A stretch of DNA of 64,000 bases from Phaeosaccion multiseriatum (Eukaryota > Protista > Ochrophyta, other classes), in the NCBI GenBank assembly GCA_965112735.1, contig OZ218950.1:6634001-6698000 (forward strand). The letters are read 5' to 3'. The position numbers and the translations under genes were made by a program. This document shows positions 1 through 18,782 of the stretch, in pieces. A model generated the notes under the pieces. It saw only the letters and a program-made list of their open reading frames with translations, had not been told where the DNA came from and did no database searches. Every line of letters begins with the position of its first letter. Position 1 is the stretch's first letter.

Positions 1-3
1 CTT

Positions 4-1137
4 GTGCGTCACCCTGAGCTGAGCTTCGGAGCTCCTGATCACCAGCAGTGGCACCAACGACAGCAGACTCAGTACCGCTACCCGGTCGCCTCGAGGGCCT
101 ACCCTCTCCACCCGTACCCTCTCCCTAGTGGCCGGAGATCGACCCTCCCCCCTGGGGGACTCCCCCCGGGGGGAGCAGTGCGTGTCGGGCCTTCGCCTGA
201 AGAAGAGGAGCATGAGGAAGAGGAGGAGGAGGAGGAGGAGGAGGAGGAGGAGAGGGGCCATCTCCCCACTGCTGAGCAGCGACACCCTTCCGCCCCCCCC
301 CCCGACTACTACCCACCAACGGGTGGCAAGTATGGTGGCGGTGGTGGCGGCGGTGGTGGAGATGATCCTCCCCCTGGCTACTTTGACGCCAGGGGACGGC
401 ACCAGCATCCGTACCCGTCGGCTTCTGCCCCTCCTCCTCCCCCCTATCAGCCCCAGGCGGAGCAGCAGCAGCAGACGCCTCAGATACGTGTGGTGCTGGA
501 TGGGTCGCACGGTTATCGCGACTCGGTTACGCGGATACGCGAGTACGACCGGCAGCGACGCTTGCAGCAGCAGAGTCAGCGCTTGGAGCAGCAGCTACAG
601 GATGAAAGGCAGACCGTGTTGAGGCTGCAGCAGGAGCAGCAGCAGAGAGAGAAGGAGCAGGAGAAGGAGCAGCAGCGGCAGAGGGAGGAGCAGCAGCAGC
701 AGAGGGAGCGAGACGAGAGGGTACCGCTGCACGGGGGGGTGGGGGTTGGCTGGGCGGGAGGGTGGTCAGGCCAGGGCCGCAGCGGCAGTGGCAGAAGGAG
801 AAGGGGGGGGCGGGGAGGGGACTGGGAGGAGGCAGAGGCGGAGGCTGAGGAGGAGGCTCAGGAGGAGGCTGACTTCCAAGGGAGCTCTTTGCTGTCAGCT
901 CGGAGGCATTTGGAGGCCTTACGCGCAGATCGGCGGCGGCAGTTCATCGAAACCGTGCCTGGCATCCCGCACACACCTGCAGCGGGAGGGGCGGTGTTGT
1001 ATCTGCAGGGGCGGGGTGCCGTGGGGGCCACTTCCTCCTCCTCCTCCTCCTCCCCCGATGGGCGGCGCGAGCGGCTGGAGCAGCTTCGAGCGCTGCGCAG
1101 GCGGCATGAGGACGCTCTTGCTTCATCTGCTTCGTGA
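4..1137 (+). CDS. 3' part (probably terminal exon) of a low-complexity Q/E/P/G-rich hypothetical protein with a coiled-coil-like segment
   Basis: Long open frame running from the window edge to TGA at 1135-1137, with coding-like polyE/polyQ/polyG codon runs and an AT-richer region downstream. No recognisable domain; the start lies outside the window. Confidence 0.5.
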   Translation: MRHPELSFGAPDHQQWHQRQQTQYRYPVASRAYPLHPYPLPSGRRSTLPPGGLPPGGAVRVGPSPEEEEHEEEEEEEEEEEEERGHLPTAEQRHPSAPPPDYYPPTGGKYGGGGGGGGGDDPPPGYFDARGRHQHPYPSASAPPPPPYQPQAEQQQQTPQIRVVLDGSHGYRDSVTRIREYDRQRRLQQQSQRLEQQLQDERQTVLRLQQEQQQREKEQEKEQQRQREEQQQQRERDERVPLHGGVGVGWAGGWSGQGRSGSGRRRRGGRGGDWEEAEAEAEEEAQEEADFQGSSLLSARRHLEALRADRRRQFIETVPGIPHTPAAGGAVLYLQGRGAVGATSSSSSSSPDGRRERLEQLRALRRRHEDALASSAS

Positions 1138-2003
1138 AGGAGGGGACCGCAACTAGAGGTGCACTCGTATGGCACTGTTATATGTTATAATCCTCCTGAC
1201 TAAGGTTACAGTGTGCACCGGCCATAATCAGGCTGACACGATGTTTCAGTTTTAGTTTCAATTTATCCCTCTTTTTCCACTCACCTTCCTCGCTCCGTGA
1301 CCCTTCCTCCTCCCCACCAAAGGAGAGTGCACAACCGGAGGACCAAAAGACAGCAGGAGAAAATCAGTCTCACGAAAAGGAAGAGGATAGATATAGCTAG
1401 ACTTTGGGCGTCGTCTTTGGGCTCTTCCCCTCCTCTGTTGTTCTTCACGAAACTTGGAACGGCGCTCAGGGGCTGGCGTATCTCGTTCAGCGCTTGAGAG
1501 AAAGCGAAACGCGACTGGGGCCTACGCCAAGAGGACCATTGGGGACTTAAAGAGTCAGGGGGGGGGGCTGCGGAGAAGGAGCATGGTTGGTTCTAAAGGC
1601 TTGGTGAGGCCTGCTTCAGGTAGGTAGCGTGTTCCACCTCCGGTAAAGCACACAACTCAAAACAACGGAGCAGAAAGAGAAGAGAAGAGAAGAGGGGGAG
1701 AGAAGAGGGTGCTGAAGGGTGGAGGGGGGGATGTTAACCCTGCTTCTTGTTTAGTTGTTGCGCTCTCTGAATATTGGAAGGACATAGGTAGTCGCCTTCT
1801 TGAGAAGGGGGAAGGGGGGAAGGGAGGGGGGAATGGGCCGGGAGGGAGGGAAACCTCGTAGCACCACAGCTTTGCTCGTTGGTGCTGAAGATTGGATTGG
1901 ATCGTCTTCCTCTTCCACAATTGATGAACCAACCCTTCCCCGTGCCCTTTGAATCTCCGCTTTCCGCTCTTCCCCTTCAGGCGGAGGTGGAGCGGAGACG
2001 GCA

Positions 2004-4712
<2,709 letters not shown>

Positions 4713-4809
4713 ATTAGCGCAGAGCAGAGCGGTGACCTCCTCTCTATTGGGCTTCAACGCAGGCACAAAGACTTGTGTGGGGTGCCTTCTCTTCTCGGCG
4801 GGCGCTAGC

Positions 4810-4954
4810 GGCAATCGCCAAGGAGCAGCGGCAGTAGCGGTGCCGCTACTCCTTGGCGGACAAAATCGGATGCGGGACACAGACTGAGCCTTGGAGCCGT
4901 TGTCCGTCCCTCTGCTGCCGCTACTGCTGCTGCCGCTGCTCCTTGCCGATTGCC
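4810..4954. other. Inverted repeat / foldback about 100 nt downstream of the kinase-RING stop codon
   Basis: 4810-4833 is the reverse complement of 4931-4954 (23/24). 4816-4833 is also the reverse complement of 4841-4858 (17/18). Confidence 0.85.
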
Positions 4955-5820
4955 CGGTCCATCAACTGCTTCTATACGCGGCTTATTCGAGCCGTAAGAC
5001 CGCTGGGGGCGCCCACTGAGCGACCCGACGACGACCCTGTCTGTCTACCTGTTCTGTGTGTCTGTCTGTTTGTCTGTCCGGCATGCCCCTCACCCTCCAC
5101 ATCTCCACGACGGCTCCACCCCTACTCGAGAGCTCTTTGAAGGACGACGTGGCAGGGGATGGATGGGTGGCCGGAGTAGTGGCAAACAAAGCTGAAGTAA
5201 GAAAAAGTACTTCGTACACAATTATACTTGGGTATTAAGGGGGTTCCATTTATGTAGGGTAGGATCCTTTCTGGGGGAGAAGGGAGGACAATTTTGTGTA
5301 TTCATGCACACCTGTTTCTGTGGCTACAGTAGTATTTATATTTATATTTATTTATATAAAATGGTGGAGAGATGGCATCTTTGCTGTATGGCTTTTGCAA
5401 TTGGCATGCATGTATGGCGCTGAGTCTTATCCCTCGAGTACCGTCCAGTTCTTTCAAGACGGATGCAATTTTTACTCCCTTTCTTCTCTCCACCTTTAAG
5501 TATCCCTTTTTTCTCTTTTTTCTTTTTTCTTTTCTCTTCTCATACTTACACATGTCAAAACAAAAATCTCTCCTGCTACGTTGTACCTACTCCGACCGGG
5601 TAGGGAGCAAGGCACATAGCGAGTCAAGGCTCTCCCTCGCTCCCTCGCTCCCTCCCTCTTTCTCTCGTCCCCCCCCCCTCCCTCCCTCCCTCCCTCTCTC
5701 TCTCTCTCTCTCTCTCGTTTCTTCCCTCCCTCTCTCCCTCCCTCCCCCTCTCCATGTGTTTCTCTCTCGTTGCCTCCATACAGTAGTCCCTCCAGGATGG
5801 AGCTTCTCCTCTATACTTTC

Positions 5821-11053
<5,233 letters not shown>

Positions 11054-11382
11054 CCTTTCAATCTCTCCTTTGAGTATCCTCTGGCGCTGAAAGAAAGGCA
11101 AATGTACAGCCAAGGACAGGAAAGGAAATAAATGAAAGGCAGTGAAGAAAGGTGCTTCATCCAACTCTAACGTACGAAGTATCTCCACACTCTGTGTAGG
11201 GAGAGGGGTTTGTCTTCTTAAAGGGGGGTCATTTTTTTTTTTCCGTTCCGGCCGCTCAGGAAATCTGGCGACGCTTGAAGAATCAACACGTCAACATCCA
11301 ACGTCTTGACCTCCCGAATATATTTGACCTCCCGAATCCCCCTCTCCTAAAACCCTAAGAAGTCAGCTTACTCACAGTTCTT
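11054..11382. promoter_or_regulatory. Putative bidirectional promoter between cyclin Y-like (-) and Ric-8 (+), with a 14-bp direct repeat TTGACCTCCCGAAT
   Basis: The divergent ATGs are 329 bp apart and the region is AT-richer. Repeat copies at 11306-11319 and 11324-11337. Confidence 0.55.
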
Positions 11383-13287
11383 ATGGTTCAGCCAAAGGAT
11401 GAATCACACTCTGGCCTGATGGAGGATCTGCTTGTCGAGCTCGCAACCTGCAAGTCAAAGGATGAGTCGCACTCTCGCCTGGTGGAGAAGCTGGCCGGCT
11501 TCGTTGCTGCACACGAAAGTGAGTTGTCAACGTGTCGCAGTTCAGTTCATTCTGGAGCGCAGATTGCATAATGATGGGGAGATTTTGGGCCAGGGATTGG
11601 AGGACGATGAGAAGCAGGGTGGGACGGGGATGGGGGCGCACGCGCTCTCTCTCGCTTCCTTTCTACGCCGAGTGCCGAGGCACCGCAGTCTGGCTCTGGG
11701 CCGTGGAGCTTTTATAACCCCTCTTCCTGCTGTAGAAGCTACGGGGACTTAATCACCCTTCCCGCAACCCCCCCAAGAGCGCCCTCACCCACACCCATCC
11801 CTCTCTCGCATCGCAGAGGAGTGGGCAGTCGCGGCCCTCTATGGCGCGGCTACGAAGCGTCAGCTCATCGAGGGCTTACTAAAGCTGCTCAAGCCTCGCT
11901 TAGAGCAGTGCCGGAAAGAGGAGCAGGAGCAGCAGCAGGATCAACAGGGGGAAGGCAGCGATGCACAAGCGCCAGATACGTCGACAGGTGTGTGGGCACG
12001 CGTCCAACTGGCGAGGAGGCAGGACGGCCTTCTGCTGTAGGTCTGCAGCTTCTCTCATGTAGCCAGTGCCCCACCCTCGGACAATCACAGATTAGTGGAT
12101 GGATGGGCGCTTATTTTGGAGAAGCCTACGCTCTGGTTGGCCCTCTGTCTCTCCTTGCCACCTCCCGTCAAATCCACAGCCCTATTTATCTCACTGCCTC
12201 GGCTCTCTGCATGCACTTCCCATGGTGGCCCGCTTTCTCTCCTCGTCGCCGTGTGGCAACAGCAGTAGCAGCAGCAGAAGCAACGTGGACGTCCAAGTGG
12301 GGTCCCTCTGTGGAGGCCCAAGCAATGTGCTGCATTCGCATCCTGCTAAGGGAGCAGGAGGAGCTTCGCCTCCTCCGCGCCCAGGACGCTCTCAAAGTGT
12401 ACCTACATGCCTCACAGGAGGGGCGGGCAGTTGCGGACGGAGGCCCACGGGGGGAGAGAGGAGGAGGGGAGAGAGGAGGAGAGGGCGGCGGGTTCGATGT
12501 GGCGGTGCGCGGCTTGCAGTGTCTGGTCAACGCCCTGCACAACAACGCGGAGGGCAAGGCGACTTTCGTCAAGATGAGAGGAGTGGAGGCGCTGGTGGCA
12601 CTGCTTCAGGTGTGTGTGTGTGTGTGTGTGTGTGATGCTTGGGCTATGTTGTGGGACCGAAGGTAGTCATATCTTTCATTGCGGTTCCTCTTCTCGATCG
12701 ATGTGTCTCGCTTCCCAAGGAAGTACCCACCACCTGTGAGAGGCTTTCTTATGGGGCCAGGCTCCCTGTTGTCCTCCCCCACTACCGCCTTCTTCTTCTC
12801 CTCCACTACCACCTTCTTCTTCTCCTCCACTACCACCTTCTTCTTCTCCTCCACTACCACCTTCTTCTTCTCCTCCACTACCACCTTCTTCTCCTCCTTC
12901 TGGTGTGGGGTGCTTCCGAGCCGCCCATCCCTCCCTCTTTCTCCCTTTCTCCTCGTCTCTCTCTCTCTCTCTCTCTCTCTGTCTGTCTCTTTACTTCTCT
13001 CTCTCCGTCTCTCTATGCATGTGTGTTTTTGTGTGCATGCGGACCCATGTCTCGCTCTTCCCTTCCTCCCTCCTCTGTCTTTGATCTGCCAGGCGGAGCG
13101 GCCAGCGTCAGTATGCAGCTTCGCCACCCGCAATCTGTATCAGCTCCTCGCCACCACTCCCTCTGTGTACAAACGACTCATCAATGGCGACGGCTCTGAT
13201 TCAAAGCCCCAACTGTTAAGGTGCTTCATCGCCACTCTCGCCTGGTGTGTGCGAAGTACAGCGAACGGGTCGCTACCCGTACCACCA

Positions 13288-13336
<49 letters not shown>

Positions 13337-13618
13337 GAGGAGGAGGAGGAAGAGGGGCAGGGTCTTGTACTAGACCCTCTTTTTGTAACTGCCCGGCAAA
13401 GATCTCGCTGGCGGATCAGATCTTGAAGGTCCTCTACTTTATTGGTAGCGAAGTGGCCAAGCAGGGCAACGCCCGAGGGGGAGAGAGGGGGGAGGAGGGC
13501 GACTCAACGGGGTTGGCAAGGGTACTTGATGACCGATTAGCAGAAAGGTGGGTGAGGAGGGGGGGGGGGGGAGAGGGAGGGAGGGAGGGAGGGAAGGAGG
13601 GAGAGAGAGAGAACGAGA

Positions 13619-13649
<31 letters not shown>

Positions 13650-14795
13650 GAGGAGGACGAGCAGGAGGAGCTAGACCCTGACTCTAGCCCTGAACCCCTA
13701 ACCCTTGAACCCTAACCCTGATCCACAGCCTGGGGCAAATCCTCGTGGAAATGCTAAACCTGGAGAATCGAACCCGCGCCGTGTATGAGGTGAAGCTGCT
13801 TGTGGTGAACCTGCTCATGTTCATGCCTGCAGCGTTCTCGCTGGTGCTGCTCAAGGGAGGAGGGGTGGAGCGCCTCGTCGAGATACTCGACTTGCAGCTG
13901 CTTGAGATGGAGTACGAAAACGGGTGAGTGAGGAGGAGGGGGAAGGGGCGGATGAAGGGAGGGAGGGAGGAAGAGAGGGAGGAGGGAGGAAGGGAGGGAG
14001 GGTCTTGTTGCCTCTTTGTGTGTGTTTGTGTGAAACTCGCTCAGGTTGGCATGACCTTGAAAGAACCACAGAAGAAAAGAGGGGCAGAGCGAGCACATCT
14101 GTGCCGAATGTTCCATCCCCATCTCCCTCCCCCCCCCCCTTCATCCCCTTCCCTTCCACCGCCCCCTCCCCCTTCCCCTCCTCCCGCCTGTGGTGCCTCC
14201 TCTGCCTTTCTGTAAATGTGTTGTGCTCCTCACTTCCAGCAACCCTTCAACAGGCCTAACACCGCTGCTCATCGTCCTGACCACCATCGCCAAAGCCATG
14301 CCCTCCACCAAACGAGCCATCAAGGAGGCCATCTTCCCTCCTGCCGCCGACGCGGTGTGGAAGGCCCGCATTGAGGCTGAGGAGGCGACCTCAGCTGCGG
14401 CAGATGGTGATACAGAGTCAGCAGCAGCAGGAGGAGGAGGAGGAGCAGGAGGAGGAGGAGGAGGAGGAGGAGGAGGAGGAGGAGGAGGAGGAGGAGGAGG
14501 AGGAGGAGGAGGAGGAGGTGGGGTTCCGAGTGGACAAGCAAGCGCAGTGTCGTATGGCGGGTCACTGCCGGGTGCTTTGAAGGACGACAAACGTATGCAC
14601 CCTGTCGACGCACCGGCGTACTCGCTACGCGCTCGACTGATTGCTCGCATGACCTCGATTGAGACCACCTCCAAGCGTTACGTCAGCGAGTTGCTGTTTA
14701 GCTTGTGTGATAGCGAGGATGAGTTTGTGCTGCGGTGCGGCTTTGGTAACGCCATCTTCTTCCTTCGCCTCAAGACTCTCAATTTCATGGGCTGA
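11383..14795 (+). CDS. RIC8: Ric-8/synembryn family G-alpha chaperone/GEF
   Basis: Exons 11383-11518, 11817-11987, 12263-12609, 13093-13547, 13729-13923 and 14240-14795 join in frame. Motifs CIRILLRE, LQCLVNAL, LTPLL, SLRARLIARMTS...VSELLFSLC...FVLRCGFGNA match the Ric-8 C-terminal conserved block (LRNKLVRLMT...FLFVLC...TGYGNA). Confidence 0.82.
12779..12896. repeat. 24-bp minisatellite (CCACTACCACCTTCTTCTTCTCCT), about 5 copies, in Ric-8 intron 3
   Basis: Direct inspection. Confidence 0.9.
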
Positions 14796-15375
14796 AGGAG
14801 GGAGGGAGGGAGGGAAGGAAGGAGGGAGGGAGGGAGGAGGAGGGAGGGAGGGAGAAGGAGGGAGGGAGGAGGAGGGAGGGAGGAGGAGGGAGGGAGGGAG
14901 GGAGGGAGGGAGGAGGAGGGAGGGAGGGAGGGGGCACAGAGAACTCTTGTGGGGCTGACACTCACTGACACTCACTGACACTCACTGACATTCACCATTT
15001 CAGCAGGCAGGCAAGGCAAGTTCCCGCCCTCTCTTACGATGGTAAAAACAAGTTTCAAAGGTCTCCTCTGCGGGACGAAAGACATACATCATATTGCCAC
15101 ATCATACTAGTACGTACGGTCATCACACACAATTTTAGTTTTAGCCTGCGTTGCGGGGGTCTCTCCCTCCCGTCCGATGATTCCCCGAGAGAGAGAGAGA
15201 GAGAGAGACGCGGCTACGAACGAAGAGTAGCGAAGGAGGGGGGGCGTTCTTCGCTACGCTTCGAGCCTTGCGGCTGTGCTGTTGCTACTGCTACTGTTGG
15301 TGCAGGTCATTGTTGCTCATTGTTGCATACATACACACACCCACACATACACACACACATACGCGTCGGACTCAT

Positions 15376-17308
15376 TCATCCCTTCGAAAGCAAGTTGGCG
15401 ATCTGCTCGCTTTGCATGCTCCGCTGAGGGGCAGAGGGCTTGCAGCGAGCATTGCCACATTGCCAATGCCTCTCCACCCGCACGATGAGCTCTCCTCCCT
15501 GAATCACTCCCTGTACCCTGCCGCCCCTCTTCTTCACACCGGGGAAGGATCTCCAATCTCCGCCGCACTTTGCACAAAACAACCCTCCTTTGTATCCGTG
15601 CTCGGCGGCGTCAACCAAAAGGCCTTCGTAGGAGTTTCCTCGGCCGCTCTTTCTTCTCTGCTTGTTGTTCTTCCCACTGTCCCCCACCCCTCCCACCCCT
15701 CCTCCTCCTCCTCCTCCTCCTCCTCCTCCTCCTCCTCCTCCTCCTCCTGTATCACCAACTGCTGCTGCTGCTGCTGCTGCTGCGTTGGGGCGAGGAGGGG
15801 GAGCAGCGGCTTCTTCTGAGAGAGAACAGCAACAAGGGCGGGGTGGACAAATAACGTGTACCGTGTCAGGACTTGGGGGGGGGGGGGGGGACACAAGGGT
15901 TGCATTTCTTTACAGGGCCGTCACGGGGGTCGGCGTACATCAATTAGATGAAACGGTTCCAATCAATTCAATCTTGCCAGAACGGAATGGATGCCAGCTC
16001 TACGCTGTTCATGCCCACCTTGGCCAAGGGTCTGCAGTGGTTTGAAGAAAAGGGGAGACACCGACACAGACTCTTCTCCCTCGTCAAAGGCCTCCGCCCC
16101 CACAACTCACCTCCGTCGCTGCTTCCCCCCGCGTCCTCCGTGGTGTGCTCATCAGGCTCCACCCCCTCCCTTTCCTCTCGCATGAGGGCCCCCTCCTCGA
16201 AAGCTTCAATGCTCTCATCGTCGCTGTTGCCCACCTCCTCTATCTCCTCCACCTCCTCCATCTCCTCCATCTCCTCCAGCTCCTCCCCCTCCTCCTCCTG
16301 CTGCTGCTCCTGTTGCTGTTGCTGCGCGTTATCGAGGAAGAAGCCGTTCCTCTCGTTATAGTAGGCTGCTGCTGCTGCCGCTTCCGCTGCTTCCTGTCCG
16401 GGAACATGGCCAAATGAAAGTCTCGTAATGTCGCCTCCTTCCTGCACCTCGACACCGCGTTGCACAAGTGGTGACGAGAGGGAGGCATCACCCCTGACCT
16501 TCTTCCCCTTCCCCGCTGCCCCTCGCCCCCGCCCCCTCTCCTCCTCCTCCTCCTCCTCCTCCTCCTCCTCCTCCTCCTCCTCCTCCTCCTCCTCCTTCTC
16601 CTTCTCCTCCTCCTCCTCGCCTCTCTCCGACCTCTTGCGCCTCGCATCAACTCCAGCCCCACTCATGGCCGTTGCCGGGCGCTTGGCTGACGCCCCCCAA
16701 CTGCTGCTGCTCCTGCTGCTGCCGCCACCGCTGCCCAGGTCATCCATGTCATGGTCCTTGTATAACCGCCGCCGCCGCCGCCGCCGCCCTTGGAGCTGCT
16801 GTTGCTCCTGCTCCTGCTCTTCCGCCAGCTGCCGCTCAGTCTCCTCCAATGCTTGCCAGTGTGATGCACACACGCCCCCCATCTTTGCGAGCCTGGAGCA
16901 ATTGTCTACACTGCATATGGTCTTCTTACCTGCCCCGTCTTTCTGCTTGGGGGACTTGGGCCTGACTTCGCGAAGGCCAGCCACAGCGACCGTCCCCTTG
17001 TAACCTTCCTCCCTGGTTTCATCCCGTGCCTGGGCGTGGCGGATGCAGGTTCCTCCCACAACGCGCCCCTTGTCACACCCCTCAACAGAGCATAGCTTTG
17101 GGTCCCCGTCGACTTTGTGGGCAACAGGTGACCCACTTCGTGCCTTGGAATGGCGGATGCAGGTACCTCCTGTTACTCGTCCCTTTTCGCACCCATCCAC
17201 TTCGCACCTCTTCCGGAGCGCACCATGGGAAATGCACACGCCCGAGTTGATTCTCTGCTTTGTGCAACCCTCAATACTGCAGATACGAGAGGGTGGGATC
17301 CTTCGCAT
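15376..17308 (-). CDS. WRKY19-like C-x4-C-x9-C-x2-H zinc-finger repeat protein (4 repeats) with a possible C-terminal Cys cluster
   Basis: Repeats: CSIEGCTKQRINSGVCISHG, CEVDGC..CIRH, CSVEGC..CIRH, CSVDNC..CASH. The probable intron 16110-15816 (GTGAGT...CTCAG) joins to exon 15815-15376 (CAKC...CGNARC). The unspliced frame would stop at 15968. Confidence 0.78.
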
Positions 17309-17862
17309 CCTGTCTTTTTATCTCTTACCTAGCTACAGGGACTATGGTGACGAGCGAGAGAGAGAGGAGGATCAAATTAGGAGGAGGAGAGAGAGAGGGA
17401 AAGAGGGGGGGATGTGGTTTAGTGGGGGGGGGGAGAAAGGGCGGGGTATATATAGGGTGTAAGTAGACGGAAAGGGCGGGGTTAGCTAGGGGGCAGATGA
17501 TGAGAAGATCACGGAAAGGGAGAGGAGAAAAAGACCAGAGCTCCGTACCTAGAGATCCACAGTGCGCTCGAGACGGGTGTTGGAGAGTGTGAAGCCTCTG
17601 CACGCAAGACGGCTATCCTCCTCCTCCTCTTAATAAACGATAGTTGAGGGGGAGGCGGAGGGTGTTTTCCAATACGTAAGCGTACGTAAGGATATGATCC
17701 TTGTCAATTGTCACGCCCTGCGCTTGACCCCGCCTTTCACACTTTGTCTCAAGATGCTGCCCTTGCCCTTCCTCATAAGTGAGTCTGCTGTCCAAGTAAT
17801 GTTATGATGCTGAGATATGAAGGCTGAGAAACGAAGTTTCCCAAAGGGTTTAGAGTGGGAGA

Positions 17863-18075
17863 GGCCCTAGCAACAGGCCAGCCAGGGCCCAGCAGAGGAA
17901 TCCTCGGCCCTCTAGGCCAGGATCCAGTAGAGGTCTAGGCTAGAGGTCCTGCGCCCCCCCTGGGCCTAGGCCAGGGCCTGGGGCTCCTTTAGGCCGGCCG
18001 AATTTCGCCTCTAGGCCTGCGCCAATAGGCCGGTCTAGGCCGAGAGGTGATACTAGTAGACTACAAGTTTACTAG
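17863..18075. repeat. CTAG/TAGGCC-rich non-coding element, possible non-autonomous transposon remnant
   Basis: Nine CTAG sites (17867, 17912, 17935, 17940, 17966, 18011, 18035, 18053, 18072). CCTCTAGGCC and GGTCTAGGC each recur with a period of about 100 bp. Confidence 0.55.
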
Positions 18076-18782
18076 AAGTACATTTTTTTATACTACGAAG
18101 AACGATTGCAAGGCTGCGAACTGTTGTATGTGTGTGTGTTTGTGCACGTGCGTACATGTGTGTGCCTTACGCGCTACCCCTGCGAGCATTCTACACTCCC
18201 CCTGCCCCCCCCCCCCCCCCCCGGTTGGTCGAGACACGCACACAAGCATGCTCCCCGCCCAACCCCACCCCCGAGCAGCAAAGTGGCACTACCGGTGTCG
18301 ACCACACCAAAAAGACGAGAGCTGAGCACCCCCCCCTCCCCCCCAAACCCAACTCAATATAGGAGACAGAGGAAGAGGCCTGCCAACAATTTCCCCACAC
18401 CCCAGTCCCTCTCCCCGCCCGCCGCCCAGCGAGGTGTGTGGCGTTTGTGGCCGTGTTGTTCGGTCCACTCGCCTCCTCCCAATCGTATAGGCAGCCTCCG
18501 TCCGAGGCGAGTAAGTACTTTTGTAAGCAGCCTCAACAAGACAAAAACACAACGCTGATCCATCCGCTCTTGTGGCTGCCCGGTTTCCATCCAACCCGCC
18601 AACCAAGCTGCCATAAAAACACCGTAGCCCCTGACATCGCCTCCATTCCTCCCCACCCCCCAGCCCCTCTCGCCCACACCGCGTATCAATCAAATCAGTC
18701 AGGTGGGCAGACCGGCAGGCAGAAAGGCAGACAGGCAGACAGGCAGGCAGGAAGGCAGCCCCCCCTCAGCCTCAGATGCTCA

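Noticed and set aside
1297-1980. Short ORFs on both strands upstream of the kinase-RING gene
   Set aside because: No recognisable motif or consistent splice chain. They may be 5' exons or UTR but cannot be supported.
4810-4954. SECIS element as explanation of the 3' hairpin
   Set aside because: The upstream gene ends in TAG with no in-frame TGA, and no AUGA/GA quartet with an AAR loop is evident.
11306-11337. W-box (TTGACC) pair as target of the nearby WRKY19-like proteins
   Set aside because: Those proteins have only the C3H finger repeats and no WRKYGQK DNA-binding domain, so the link is nominal.
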